From Spirochaetia bacterium (GTDB lineage: Bacteria > Spirochaetota > Spirochaetia > SZUA-6 > Bin103), in contig CBDBOV010000003.1 of assembly GCA_965208575.1 (NCBI GenBank), positions 128,001 through 192,000 on the forward strand: DNA of 64,000 nucleotides. The letters are read 5' to 3'. Shown here piece by piece: positions 25,820 through 36,280 of the stretch; the first letter of the stretch is position 1; each line of letters opens with the position of its first letter. The notes beneath the pieces were generated by a model. That model searched no databases. It saw nothing but the letters and a program-made list of their open reading frames with translations, and was not told the origin of the DNA. The position numbers and the translations under genes were made by a program.

Positions 25820-27217
25820 CTACAAGTCGATTTCGTGCTTGATCTTGTCGGACCCCATGATCTGCTCCATCTCGCGCGCGAACTGCGCCATCGCCTCTCG
25901 GCCGGTCCACTCGCCGATGATGATGCGCCCGATCGCTTCCCGGATGGCGTTCTCGGGACCGCTGGCGAAGCCCGCCACGAAGTGCGGCTTCATGTAGGTG
26001 TACTCCAGCCACGTGCTGGTCTCGGCCAGGAACGGGTTGGCCTGGAAGGTGGAATGCTGCATCACGTCCCAGCGGGTGGCTGCCTGGCCCTTGGTGGCGT
26101 TGTACTTGGCCTGACGTTCGGTGGCGGACAGGAACTTGATCAGCTCCCACGCGGTGTCGGCGCGTTCGGTGCTGCTCGCCGGGATCATGTAGTTCCAGCC
26201 GCCCGACTGCGAGACCCAGTCCTGCCCGCGGTAGCTGGCGCCCGGTTCCATGGCCGGCATCCTGGCGTAACCCACCGTGTCCTGCAGGTCCGGGATCGGG
26301 TGCGAGCGGCCTTCGCTCCAGTGGAACATGTAGGCCCACGAGCCATACAGGTTGATGGCGCCGGTGCCGTTCTGGAACGCCTCGATAGACCAGTCGTTGG
26401 CCTGGCCGCCCACCGCGCGCTCGGGGTTGAGCAGACCGCGCTCGGCCATGGTCTGGTAGAATTCGAACACGTCCAGGAGCGGCTGACTGGTCACCACCCA
26501 CTTCTCGTCATCATAGTCGTACAACAGTCCGCCGGCGCCATTGAACAGCAGGTTGAAGCGGCTGAACGTGACCTGGGCGCCCGCCTCCTTGCCGCCGATG
26601 AACAACAATGGCGTGACCCCCGGCAGGGACGCCTTGATCTGCTCCGCGGCGTCCAGAATCTCCTGCCAACTGGTCGGCTGCCACTCGGTAGGGAGTCCCG
26701 CCTGGGCAAACAAGTCCTTGCGGTAGTACAGCGGGATGGCGCTCGATTGAATGGGAATCATGTAGACATGCCCGTCGTAGCCCATCCAGCGCCGGAACGG
26801 TTCGATCACCTGGTCCCACAGCTCCCAATCCGCCACGTAGTCGTCGAGCGGCATCAGGAACCCGGCGCGCATGTAGTTCTGTGACCCGCCGGTCTCCTCG
26901 AACAACAGGTCCGGCCCCTGGCCCGAACGCAGCTCCAGCGTGTTCTTGGTGGTGTACTCGGCATGCGGTCCCGCGAAATACTGCAGGTCCACGGTCACCG
27001 GGGTACCCGCGTCGGCCATCATCTGCTCGAACTCGGCGATGTCTGCGGCGACATCGGGATCGAATCCGGGCGAGTTGGGGCGCAGCTTGAAGGTGAGCAC
27101 CACCGGCTCGCCGGGCGCGGCGGCGGTGTCCTCCTGTGCCGCCGCACTGAGCGGGACAACGGCCACGCCGGCCAGGAACAGTGCCGTCAGCACGTACCGC
27201 AAAGGCTTCGTATTCAT
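25820..27217 (-). CDS. Carbohydrate ABC substrate-binding protein (family 1)
   Basis: Signal peptide, GPDL, LYYRKDLF, PTSWQE. Confidence 0.88.
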   Translation of the reverse strand: MNTKPLRYVLTALFLAGVAVVPLSAAAQEDTAAAPGEPVVLTFKLRPNSPGFDPDVAADIAEFEQMMADAGTPVTVDLQYFAGPHAEYTTKNTLELRSGQGPDLLFEETGGSQNYMRAGFLMPLDDYVADWELWDQVIEPFRRWMGYDGHVYMIPIQSSAIPLYYRKDLFAQAGLPTEWQPTSWQEILDAAEQIKASLPGVTPLLFIGGKEAGAQVTFSRFNLLFNGAGGLLYDYDDEKWVVTSQPLLDVFEFYQTMAERGLLNPERAVGGQANDWSIEAFQNGTGAINLYGSWAYMFHWSEGRSHPIPDLQDTVGYARMPAMEPGASYRGQDWVSQSGGWNYMIPASSTERADTAWELIKFLSATERQAKYNATKGQAATRWDVMQHSTFQANPFLAETSTWLEYTYMKPHFVAGFASGPENAIREAIGRIIIGEWTGREAMAQFAREMEQIMGSDKIKHEIDL

Positions 27218-27304
27218 CGATTCCTCCATTCTTTTGCTGCCGCTTCGGGCAGCTTCACGCATTATGAAGCCAGTCCCGTATCGCTACAAGCGCGGCGCGG
27301 GTGG

Positions 27305-28855
27305 TCAGAAGCCGGTGTGCGGGTCGGTGTACGGGGAGCGCTCGAACCGGCAGTCCGGTTCGGTGACGCGGGGGTCGTGCTGCTCCTGCAACACCGCCAT
27401 CAGCCGGGACGACAGGTGCTCCCGGGCCTCCGCGTACCCCGGGTCGCCGGCGACGTTGTCGAGGTAGTGCGGGTCGCGCTCCAGGTCGTACAGCTCTTCC
27501 GCCGGGAACTTGCCGAAGCCCATCTCGAACAGCGCGCGCACCTCGGGCTCGCCGCGGTGGTGCACCATCCACGCCTTCGACGGTGAGCCGTCCATGTCGG
27601 AATAGGCTACCAGAGTGTCCTCGCAGAGATCCTCGTAGGAGGGCGGCACGGCGGCGGGGTCGTCCAGGCCGCGCGGGTCGCCCATCGGCCAGCGGTCAGG
27701 TTCGAAGTTGCGGATGTACAGGTAGCGGCCGGTGCGGATGGCGCGCTGCGGGTAGGGCTTGTTGCCGGCGCGCGCCCGGGCCACGTGGCGCTCGCGCCCG
27801 AGCACCACGTGGTCGCGCGAGGCATCCACCTGTCCTGAGGCGGGCGACTCCAGCACCGGCAGCAGGCTGCGCCCCGCCATGCCCGGCAGGCGGTCGACGC
27901 CGGCCGCCGCCAGGAAGGTGGGGGCCAGGTCCATCAGGTTCACGAAGTCGTGCACGGTGCGGCCCGCCGGCACGCGGCCCGGCCAGCGCGCCGCCAGCGC
28001 CACCTCGCAGCCAAGGTTGTACAGGTTGCACTTGGCGCGCGGGAAGCCGGGGATGCCATGGTCGCCGCTCACCACCAGCAGCGTGTTGTCCAGCTCGCCG
28101 ATCTCCTCCAGCTTGGCCAGCAGCACGCCGAGCCCGGCGTCGACCGCCTGGCACTCGCCGAGGTAGTCGCACACGTCCTCGCGTACGTCGTGCACGTCGG
28201 GCAGGAACGCCGGCAGGCGGCCTTCGAGGTGGTCCGGTTCCAGGCCCCAGAGCTGCTTGCCGGAGCCGCGCTGCCACTTGCGGTGGGTGTTGGTGGGCCC
28301 CCACCAGTAGCAGAACGGGCGCCCCGGCTCGCGCGCGTCCAGGAATGCCTGGAAGTTGTCCCGCGTCTCGTCGTACAGCACCTGCTTGGCGCCCTCGACG
28401 CCCCGCTCCGGCGCCAGCTCGGTGGCAACGAACGAGAAACTCCCGTAGCGCGTGCCGGCGGGCGCGTAGCGCGTGCGCTCGGCGCCGTAGGGGGCGTCGC
28501 GCGGCGTGCCCGGCGACCACACCTTGTAGGTGTAGCCGATGTGGTAGCCCGCTTCCTCCAGCGCCAGCGGATAGGAGGGGATCGTCTCGTCCCACTCGGC
28601 GCCCTGCAGAATGGCGCCGCGTCCGGTTTGCCAGAAGTAGCGCCCGGTAAGGATCGAGCTGCGGCACGGCGTGCAGGAAGGCGCCGGCACGAACGCGTTG
28701 CTGAACAGCGCGCCCTCGCGCGCCACCCGGTCGAAGTGGGGCGTGTCGATGAGGGCGTTGAGGGTGCCGTCGCCCTGGATGCGGCGGTAGGCGCTCGCGT
28801 ACCGCCCCCAGTCGTCCGCGAACGCGAATACAATGTTGGGTCTGCTCTGTGCCAT
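27305..28855 (-). CDS. Sulfatase (N-sulfoglucosamine sulfohydrolase-like)
   Basis: PNIVFAFADD, CTPCR, GDHG, ELYDLERDP. Confidence 0.9.
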   Translation of the reverse strand: MAQSRPNIVFAFADDWGRYASAYRRIQGDGTLNALIDTPHFDRVAREGALFSNAFVPAPSCTPCRSSILTGRYFWQTGRGAILQGAEWDETIPSYPLALEEAGYHIGYTYKVWSPGTPRDAPYGAERTRYAPAGTRYGSFSFVATELAPERGVEGAKQVLYDETRDNFQAFLDAREPGRPFCYWWGPTNTHRKWQRGSGKQLWGLEPDHLEGRLPAFLPDVHDVREDVCDYLGECQAVDAGLGVLLAKLEEIGELDNTLLVVSGDHGIPGFPRAKCNLYNLGCEVALAARWPGRVPAGRTVHDFVNLMDLAPTFLAAAGVDRLPGMAGRSLLPVLESPASGQVDASRDHVVLGRERHVARARAGNKPYPQRAIRTGRYLYIRNFEPDRWPMGDPRGLDDPAAVPPSYEDLCEDTLVAYSDMDGSPSKAWMVHHRGEPEVRALFEMGFGKFPAEELYDLERDPHYLDNVAGDPGYAEAREHLSSRLMAVLQEQHDPRVTEPDCRFERSPYTDPHTGF

Positions 28856-28954
28856 GGCTGCCTGGTGAGTATAATCGATGCAGCAGCGGGCCGCCGCCGG
28901 ATCGATGGCGGATGACGATCGGCCCGGTGTGATTGATTCGGAGTACGATCAAAC

Positions 28955-30718
28955 TTGCGTTTTTTGCGGTTGCCGGCCGCCCGCTTCTCCGCCTCGGTTG
29001 CGCTCGCGCTCATCGCGGCTGCCGCGCTTCTGCTTGCGTCCGTGAGCGGCTGCAGCGTGGCGATGGCGCCGGACGACAACCAGGCGGAGACCCCGGAGGC
29101 ACCGGGGGGCTCGGATCGACCCGATCCTGGCGAACGGCCCGAGCCGGACCCGGCCACCGTGTCGGTAGCGCCGGCTACGGTGGATGAGGGCGGGCATGCC
29201 GCGTTCGCGGTGACGTTGTCCCGGACGCTGCGGACCGGCGTGACGGTCCAATGGAAAACCGTGGAGGTCGCGACGGTGGCGGTCGGGAAGGCGGCGGTCG
29301 GGAAGGCGGAGGCCGGCACGGATTTCACGTCGGTGAGCGACGGCACGGTGGTGTTCGGCGCCGGCACGACGCGGGGGACCATCCGCGTCGCTACCCTGCA
29401 GGACCGGCTGCACGAAGGCGACGAGACCTTCGAAGTGGTGTTGACCGGGGTGAGCCCGCCCGGCGCCGCTTCGCTCGGGCGAGCCACCGCCACCGGCACG
29501 ATCATCGACGACGACCCTCCCCCCGCCGACGACCACGGCGACACTCGCGAGAGCGCATCGGACATCACGCCGGGAACCCCCATCTCGGGACGGCTGGGAA
29601 CGGCTGCGGACGTCGACTACTTCAAGGTTTCCGTGCCCGGCAGGCGGTTGATGTTCGCGGCCACCGACCGGGGCAGAGTCGGCGACCCCGGCTACGATCA
29701 GGCGACGGTCAGGATCGAAACCGCGCACGCTACCTCGACCAGCACCGGCGACTTGGACTGGGCGTTCGTAAGTGCAGGAGTGGTGTACGTGCGCGTGTCG
29801 GGTGCAGCCGCCACTCGCTACGATCTTGCCGCGTGGCTGCTGAAGCCGAGCGAGTCGGATACGTCATTCGACATCGAGCTGCGCTATCTCGGCACGCAGC
29901 CGACGGCCGCGCAGAAGAACATCTTCCGCTCCGCCGCTGACGTCTGGGAGGAGATCGTCATCGGCGACTTGACTCAGCAGATCATCATCGACTCCCAATG
30001 GAAGTGCGATGACGGAGATCCGTCCACCTTTGGAGACACGATCGACGACCTCCGCATCGACATCAGGCTGCGGGAAATTGACGGGCCGCGCGGGACGCTG
30101 GCCGTCGCGGGACCCTGCGTAATACGAAGGGGCGGTTTGCCGGTGATCGGGATCGTGGAGATCGACACGGCCGACCTGACCAGGATGGGGACCGAGGGTC
30201 TGCGCCGCACGGTCGTGCACGAGATAGCGCACGTGCTCGGATACGGCACGTCAGACCAGTGGATTGGTCTGTTGCGGAATTCGGCAGTCGAGTATGCCGA
30301 AAACAACCCCGATGTGGACGACTTGCCCGACACCCACTTCGTCGGAACGGCGGCGGTGAGCGCGTTCGACGAGCTGCTCGCCGGCGCCACCTATTCGGGA
30401 GCCAGCGTTCCGGTCGAGAACGACACGGAAAAGTACGGGGTAGGAGGCCTGGACGGGCACTGGCGCGAGGCGGTGTTCGGCAACGAGCTGATGACTGCCA
30501 CGATCTCCACGGACTCCCAGGCAAGCCAGCCGCTCAGCAAGGTGACCATCGCGTCGCTGGCGGACCTCGGCTACCGCGTGGATTACACGCAAGCCGACTC
30601 CTACTCGCTCCCGAGCCCCTCGCGGTCGCTGCTCAGAGCGCAGTCGGCGCAGGGCGAGTTGCACCTCGGCGACCACATTCGCCGCGGGCCGGTCATCCTG
30701 GTGGACATCCCGGAGTAG
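28955..30718 (+). CDS. Lipoprotein: Calx-beta domain plus leishmanolysin-like (M8) zinc metallopeptidase
   Basis: Lipobox VSGC, EGDETFEVVL/GTIIDDD, DDHGDT, HEIAH, GHW...ELM. Confidence 0.82.
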   Translation: MRFLRLPAARFSASVALALIAAAALLLASVSGCSVAMAPDDNQAETPEAPGGSDRPDPGERPEPDPATVSVAPATVDEGGHAAFAVTLSRTLRTGVTVQWKTVEVATVAVGKAAVGKAEAGTDFTSVSDGTVVFGAGTTRGTIRVATLQDRLHEGDETFEVVLTGVSPPGAASLGRATATGTIIDDDPPPADDHGDTRESASDITPGTPISGRLGTAADVDYFKVSVPGRRLMFAATDRGRVGDPGYDQATVRIETAHATSTSTGDLDWAFVSAGVVYVRVSGAAATRYDLAAWLLKPSESDTSFDIELRYLGTQPTAAQKNIFRSAADVWEEIVIGDLTQQIIIDSQWKCDDGDPSTFGDTIDDLRIDIRLREIDGPRGTLAVAGPCVIRRGGLPVIGIVEIDTADLTRMGTEGLRRTVVHEIAHVLGYGTSDQWIGLLRNSAVEYAENNPDVDDLPDTHFVGTAAVSAFDELLAGATYSGASVPVENDTEKYGVGGLDGHWREAVFGNELMTATISTDSQASQPLSKVTIASLADLGYRVDYTQADSYSLPSPSRSLLRAQSAQGELHLGDHIRRGPVILVDIPE

Positions 30719-30950
30719 CGCGTCGACTTCGGCCACGTCCGCGATTCGAACCACTCGAACGTTCGACCGGTTCCCCGTTCCGAACCGACCTCGCAGCTCC
30801 TGGTCCGGGCCGGCACGCCACATCGCCATATAGGATGAGATGTACACGTTCATTGCCGTTAAAACACCGCTTCGATATGCTTAGTATGTGGATCGGTGCT
30901 CGGTCTCGTGTCCCGAACATGGTCGCGGCTCTCTCGCCTTGCCCGCGTTC

Positions 30951-32777
30951 ATGGCGGCGGCTGTGCTGCTATCGGTGACGCTGTGCGCATGCAGCACCGC
31001 TTCGTTGCCTGACGAGAGTCGACCGGCGACCGATGCCGGACCGGAGCCCGCGACCGAGGGCCGGCCGAGGGAGCGCGTCACCGTAGGGGTGTCGGTGGGA
31101 TCGGCCACCGCCGCCGAGGGCGAAGCGGTGTTGTTCCCGGTGACGGTGTCGGAGCCGGTGCGGACGCCCCTCACGGTCCGCTGGCGCACCGAGGACGGCA
31201 CGGCGAGCGCCAATACCGACTATACGCCGGTGACCGATGGGGCGGCGTCCTTCCCGGTCGGCGGGGCGCAGCGGCAGACGATCCGCGTAGTCACGCTGCC
31301 CGATGAGGAGGACGAAGACGACGAGACCTTTCTGGTGACCCTGACGGATGCGATCCCTGCTGCCGACGTGTTGCTGGACCGCACCCCGGCGGTCGGGACC
31401 ATCATCGACGATGACGATTCCCCCGCGGTTCCCACCGCAGAACCGCCTGTGGAGCCCCCCGGCGGTCCACCGGCCAGTCCCCCCGGCCGGCCCCCCTCGG
31501 CCCGTCCGCCCGCCGACGACCACGGCGACACGCGCGCGACCGCCACCTCCTTCACGCCGGGCGTCACCACTGGCCGGCTCGAGACCGCGGCCGACGTGGA
31601 CTATTTCAAGATTGCCGTGACCGCCGACAGCAAGCTGGTCGCCGCCACCGACCCCGGAAAGGTCGAGCTCAGCACATACCCGCGCTACGCGAGCGCGACG
31701 GTCGTCACCATCGAAACCGCGGCCGACAGCGAGGCGGACGAATACCTCGCCTCCATGGTGGTGAGCGCCGGGGTTGCGTACGTCCGTGTGTCGGCGTCGG
31801 CGGCGACCTGGTACGACCTTGCCGTTTGGGTGCTGGAACCGAGCGAGACGGATACCTCCTTCGACATCGAACTGCGCTACGTGGGCACCGAGCCGACCGC
31901 CGCGCAGAAGAAGGAGATCCGCGCCGCCGCGGACGTGTGGGAGGACGTCATTGCCGGCGACCTGGCCCGCGTGACCCTCTACGACTCCCGGTTCATATGT
32001 CGGGCCAGTGATCCGTCCGATTTCGGGGAGTACGTCGACGACCTGCGCGTCGACATCCGGCTGCGATCCATCGACGGCCGCGACGGGACCCTGGGCGTTG
32101 CCGGACCCTGCCTGTACCGAAAAGACGGCCAGCTCCCGGCGGCCGGGGAGGTGACGTTCGACACGGCCGACCTGAGCAGACTCGGCGCTGCCGCGCTCCG
32201 GCAGCTCGCGCTCCACGAGATCGCCCACGTGCTGGGATACGGCACGTCCCATCCATGGAGGAACCTGTTGCGCGACTCGGCCCTCAGGGTGGGCGGCGGC
32301 GGTCCCGGCACCGCCCTGCCGGATACCCACTTCGCCGGTTCGGCAGCGGTGAGTGCATTCGACGAGGCCCTCGGCAGCGCTACCTATTCGGGCAAGAAGG
32401 TACCGGTGGAAAACGACAGGAAACGATTCTCGAAGGGTGCATTGGACGGCCATTGGCGCCTGTCCGTGTTCGGCGACGAGCTGATGGCTCCCACGTTTGC
32501 GTCCACGGCACCGCTCAGCAAGGTGACCATCGCGGCGCTCGCCGACCTGGGCTACCAGGTGGACTACACGGAGGCCGCGGCCTACACGGTCCCGAGCAGT
32601 TCACTTACGAGCGCAACCGCCGCATATGGCCTGTCTCGAGTGAGCGCGCTGCACGTGGGCGATGACATCCGCCGCGGACCGGTGTTCAAGATGGAGACCC
32701 TGGATCAGCGTACTTCGGTCAACCCTGCTCGACGGGCGCCAATTCGACCGTCCGGCAGTCCGGCACACTCCGAGTGA
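30951..32777 (+). CDS. Lipoprotein: Calx-beta domain plus leishmanolysin-like (M8) zinc metallopeptidase, paralog
   Basis: LCAC lipobox-like, TEDGTA, EDDETF, HEIAH, GHW...ELM; start uncertain. Confidence 0.82.
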   Translation: MAAAVLLSVTLCACSTASLPDESRPATDAGPEPATEGRPRERVTVGVSVGSATAAEGEAVLFPVTVSEPVRTPLTVRWRTEDGTASANTDYTPVTDGAASFPVGGAQRQTIRVVTLPDEEDEDDETFLVTLTDAIPAADVLLDRTPAVGTIIDDDDSPAVPTAEPPVEPPGGPPASPPGRPPSARPPADDHGDTRATATSFTPGVTTGRLETAADVDYFKIAVTADSKLVAATDPGKVELSTYPRYASATVVTIETAADSEADEYLASMVVSAGVAYVRVSASAATWYDLAVWVLEPSETDTSFDIELRYVGTEPTAAQKKEIRAAADVWEDVIAGDLARVTLYDSRFICRASDPSDFGEYVDDLRVDIRLRSIDGRDGTLGVAGPCLYRKDGQLPAAGEVTFDTADLSRLGAAALRQLALHEIAHVLGYGTSHPWRNLLRDSALRVGGGGPGTALPDTHFAGSAAVSAFDEALGSATYSGKKVPVENDRKRFSKGALDGHWRLSVFGDELMAPTFASTAPLSKVTIAALADLGYQVDYTEAAAYTVPSSSLTSATAAYGLSRVSALHVGDDIRRGPVFKMETLDQRTSVNPARRAPIRPSGSPAHSE

Positions 32778-32808
32778 CGGGAAGCGTCCGATAGCGTAAG
32801 CTGTAGGC

Positions 32809-33267
32809 ATGCATCTCCCGAAACCAGACTCCGACGGCGGCTACCTGGAAGCCGCGGCGCGCATCATCTTCATGGGCGGCCTGAACCGCCAGGTGGTGGA
32901 CGGCAAGTGGCCCGGCTTCAGGGAGGTGTTCGCCAATTTCGACGTGCACGCGGTGGCGGCCTTCGACGACGACGACGTGGATCGCATCGCGGCCGACGAC
33001 CGGGTCATCAAGTACCGCGCCAAGCTGGCCGCGGTGGTGAAGAACGCGCGCACCATCGCCGCCATCGCCGCCGATCAGGGCTCGTTCGCCGCGTACGTGG
33101 ACGAACTGTACGCCATGGAGGGGCCGGGCGGCGCCAGCCGGGCGCTGGCCAAGGAATTCACCTACGTGTCGGAGCAGGGCGCCAAGCACTGGCTGTATGC
33201 CACCGGCTACGACATCGGCGAGGTCACCGACAAGGTACGGCGCAAGTACGCTCCGTTCGGCGGGTAG
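32809..33267 (+). CDS. DNA-3-methyladenine glycosylase I-like protein
   Basis: KWPGFREVFANFD, IKYRAKLAAVVKNAR. Confidence 0.65.
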   Translation: MHLPKPDSDGGYLEAAARIIFMGGLNRQVVDGKWPGFREVFANFDVHAVAAFDDDDVDRIAADDRVIKYRAKLAAVVKNARTIAAIAADQGSFAAYVDELYAMEGPGGASRALAKEFTYVSEQGAKHWLYATGYDIGEVTDKVRRKYAPFGG

Positions 33268-33269
33268 CG

Positions 33270-34385
33270 ATGGCAGTGGATGTCGTCGAGCTGACGCAAC
33301 GGCTCGTGGCGATCGACTCGGTCAGCCGGCACAGCAACGCGCCGGTCAGCGACCTGCTGCAGCAGGTGTTGGCCGCCGCCGGCTTCGAGGTGGAACGGCT
33401 GGAGTACGACGACCCGGACGGCGTGCGCAAGGTGAACCTGGTCGCGCGGCGCGGCAACGGCAGCGGCGGGTTCGGGCTGTTCTCGCACAGCGACACCGTG
33501 CCGGGCGACAGTTGGGCGGGCGATCCGTGGGCGCCGCGGGTGCAGGGAGACCGCCTGGTCGGGCTGGGAACCTGCGACATGAAGGGGCCGCTGGCGGCCG
33601 CGATCGCCGCGGCGGCGGCGGTGCCGGAGGAACGCCTCGCGCGTCCGGTGTACGTGGTGGTGACGGCGGACGAGGAGGTCACCGGGCGCGGCGCGCTGGA
33701 CGTGGCCGAGCGGTCGCGCCTGTACCGGGGCGGCCCGGCGCTCGGGGTGGTGACCGAGCCGACCCGGCTGATTCCGGTGTACGCCCACAAGGCCAGTTCG
33801 CTCGCGTTCGTCACCGCCCACGGGCGGGCGGCGCACAGCAGCACCGGCAAGGGCATCAACGCCACCCTGCTGATGGCGCCCTTCCTGGCCGAGATCGCGC
33901 TGCTTGCCGAGGAGATCAAGCGCGACGAGTCGTTCCTGAACCACGAGTTCACGCCTCCGCACAACTGCCTCAACGTCACCATCGACGACGGCGGCACCCG
34001 CCCCAACGTAACCGCCGCCAGGACGGTGTGCACGGTCGGCTTTCGCCCCATGCCGGGCGACCGCAGCGACGACCTGATGGCGATCATCGAGGAGAAGGCG
34101 AACCGCCACGGCCTGCAGTTCGAAGGGTACGCCGGCAAGGCGTTCCGGGTGCCGCCCGACAGCCGCGTGGTGGAGGTGGCCAGGCAGGCGACCGGAGCCG
34201 AACGGGCGGAAACGGTAGGCTTCGGCACCGATGCGTTTGCGTTCATGGACGACGTCGAGCTGGTGGTGCTCGGCCCCGGCGACATCGCCCAGGCGCACAC
34301 CGAGAACGAGTTCATTTCGATCGCCGAGCTGCGCCGCGCGGTAGCGGTGTACGCCGCCATGATCGAGCAGGCGTGTTGCCGGTGA
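33270..34385 (+). CDS. argE: M20 acetylornithine deacetylase-like
   Basis: SHSDTVP, GTCDMKG, DEE, EPT, AHSS, GPGDIAQAH. Confidence 0.85.
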   Translation: MAVDVVELTQRLVAIDSVSRHSNAPVSDLLQQVLAAAGFEVERLEYDDPDGVRKVNLVARRGNGSGGFGLFSHSDTVPGDSWAGDPWAPRVQGDRLVGLGTCDMKGPLAAAIAAAAAVPEERLARPVYVVVTADEEVTGRGALDVAERSRLYRGGPALGVVTEPTRLIPVYAHKASSLAFVTAHGRAAHSSTGKGINATLLMAPFLAEIALLAEEIKRDESFLNHEFTPPHNCLNVTIDDGGTRPNVTAARTVCTVGFRPMPGDRSDDLMAIIEEKANRHGLQFEGYAGKAFRVPPDSRVVEVARQATGAERAETVGFGTDAFAFMDDVELVVLGPGDIAQAHTENEFISIAELRRAVAVYAAMIEQACCR

Positions 34386-34460
34386 CGGGTGCCCCGGCCG
34401 GTGCGGTTCCGGCCCGGTCGCGGCGCACGCGATCATGATCGAAGCAATGCCCCGCCGCTG

Positions 34461-34868
34461 ATGGACGTTCACTTCAGCCTGCAGATGAAGGTGCGCGACT
34501 ACGAGTGCGACCTGCAGCAGATCGTCAACAACGCGGTGTACCTGCAGTATTGCGAGCATACGCGCCACGAGTACCTGCGCCGGCTTGGCATCGACTTCGC
34601 CGCGCTCCATAACCGCGGCGTCGACCTGGTCCTGGTGCGCTCCGAGGTGGACTACCACTTCCCGCTGCGCAGCGGCGACCGGTTCGAGGTGACCCTGAGG
34701 ATGGAACCGAGGGGGCGCATCCGGTTCCTGTTCCACCAGGCAATTTTGCTCCTGCCCGAGCGGCGGCGTATAGTTACGGGAGTATTCCACGGCGCGAGTC
34801 TCCGCAATGGCCGGCCGGCCCTGGTCGCCGAGGTAGCGGACAAGCTGCAACGAGAGAGTGAGCGATAA
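34461..34868 (+). CDS. Acyl-CoA thioesterase (4HBT/YbgC family)
   Basis: VRDYECDLQQIVNNAVYLQYCEHTR. Confidence 0.88.
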   Translation: MDVHFSLQMKVRDYECDLQQIVNNAVYLQYCEHTRHEYLRRLGIDFAALHNRGVDLVLVRSEVDYHFPLRSGDRFEVTLRMEPRGRIRFLFHQAILLLPERRRIVTGVFHGASLRNGRPALVAEVADKLQRESER

Positions 34869-36211
34869 TGAGCAAGAACATCTTCTTTCTGGTGGGGGAG
34901 GGCGAGTACCACTCCGAACGCACCATCCCACCCTTCGCACGGCAGGTGGCCGCCGAGCTCGGCCGCGAGGCGGTGCTGAGCGTCGGCGAGGAGGCCGACC
35001 CGCTCGACCTCACCGGCCTCGACGGCGCCGAGTTGCTGGTGATCTGCGTGCGGTTCCGCAACCCCACTCCCGACCAGCTCCGCACCCTGCACGAGTGGTT
35101 CGCCTCCGGTCGTCCCGCGGTGGGGCTGCGCACCACCAGCCATGCGTTCAGCAACGCCCGCGGCTGGTGCCCCGACTACTTCGGCGGCCACTACATGAGC
35201 CACGCCCCCAATCAGCAGGGCCAGCTTGCCGTGGTGGACCCGGCGGCCGCCGCCCACCCGATCGTGCGCGACCTGCCGCGCGTCACCGAGATGGGCTACG
35301 GCGGCACCTACAACGCGGTACCGCTCAACGACACGGCGACGCCGCTGATGTTCGGCAAGACCGGCGAGCTGCCGGCGGAACCGGTGGCTTGGGTCAACCG
35401 CTACACGCCGAGTTCGCGGGTGTTCTTTACCTCGCTCGGGAGCGCCGAGCACTTCGAGGTGCCGGCGTTTACCCAGTTGTTGCGGAACGGCATCGCCTGG
35501 TGTCTCGGCGAGGGCGGCGACGGCGGCGACGCGAAGCCGGCGCAGTCGGCCATGCCCCCGCCGCCGAGGCGCCCGCCGCATAGCGCGACGGTGCTGTTCA
35601 CCGGCGCTCCGCTGACCGGCTGGCGGCACTGGGATCCCGGCGGGCAGCCGCCCGGCATGCGCCTCGACGCACGCGCCGAGAGTACCGCGGGCGGGGAGCG
35701 GCACAGCGCGGGACGCTGGCCGGCAGCCGGCAACGTGCTTACCGCGGCTCCCGGCTACGGCGACATCTACAGCGAGGCGCGCTTCGCCGCGCACCGGTTG
35801 CATCTCGACTTCCAGCTTCCGGTGCAACCCGACTGGGTGCCCGCCAAGCTGGCCGGCACCGGCGGCGTGTTCATCACCGGGCGCTACGAGATAGAGATCC
35901 GCGGCTCGGCGCCCGGGTCGCCGCCCGAGCACCGCTGCGGGGCGCTGAACGGCTTCAAGCCGCCCGACGTCGACGTGGCGGTGCAACCGGGCGTATGGCA
36001 CGAGCTGGAGGTGGAATACACGCCGCAGGACGAGGGCGGCCGGATCTCGGTGTGGCTCAACGGCACCCGCATCCACCACAACGTCGAGGTTGTCGAGCCC
36101 ACGCCGCGCGGCTTCACCGAGTTGCCGGCGGAGTGGCAGGGCCGCTCACCGCTGCGCCTGCAGGCCGACGCCGCGCCGGTGCGTTACGCCAACATCTGGG
36201 CGTCCGAGTAG
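34868..36211 (+). CDS. ThuA-like domain plus DUF1080 (3-keto-disaccharide hydrolase-like) protein
   Basis: GLRTTSHAF, RVFFTSLG; LHLDF, GRYEIEI, ISVWLNG, VRYANIW. Confidence 0.75.
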   Translation: MSKNIFFLVGEGEYHSERTIPPFARQVAAELGREAVLSVGEEADPLDLTGLDGAELLVICVRFRNPTPDQLRTLHEWFASGRPAVGLRTTSHAFSNARGWCPDYFGGHYMSHAPNQQGQLAVVDPAAAAHPIVRDLPRVTEMGYGGTYNAVPLNDTATPLMFGKTGELPAEPVAWVNRYTPSSRVFFTSLGSAEHFEVPAFTQLLRNGIAWCLGEGGDGGDAKPAQSAMPPPPRRPPHSATVLFTGAPLTGWRHWDPGGQPPGMRLDARAESTAGGERHSAGRWPAAGNVLTAAPGYGDIYSEARFAAHRLHLDFQLPVQPDWVPAKLAGTGGVFITGRYEIEIRGSAPGSPPEHRCGALNGFKPPDVDVAVQPGVWHELEVEYTPQDEGGRISVWLNGTRIHHNVEVVEPTPRGFTELPAEWQGRSPLRLQADAAPVRYANIWASE

Positions 36212-36280
36212 CGGCCCGGCGCCGTCGCCTGTCCAAGGCGCCGCTTCCTGCCCAACCTGGTCTGCTGCGGCGGCGAGCGG

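Noticed and set aside
30740-30790. LexA (Cheo) box between the two proteases
   Set aside because: TCGAACGTTCGA lacks the 4-bp spacer of GAAC-N4-GTTC.
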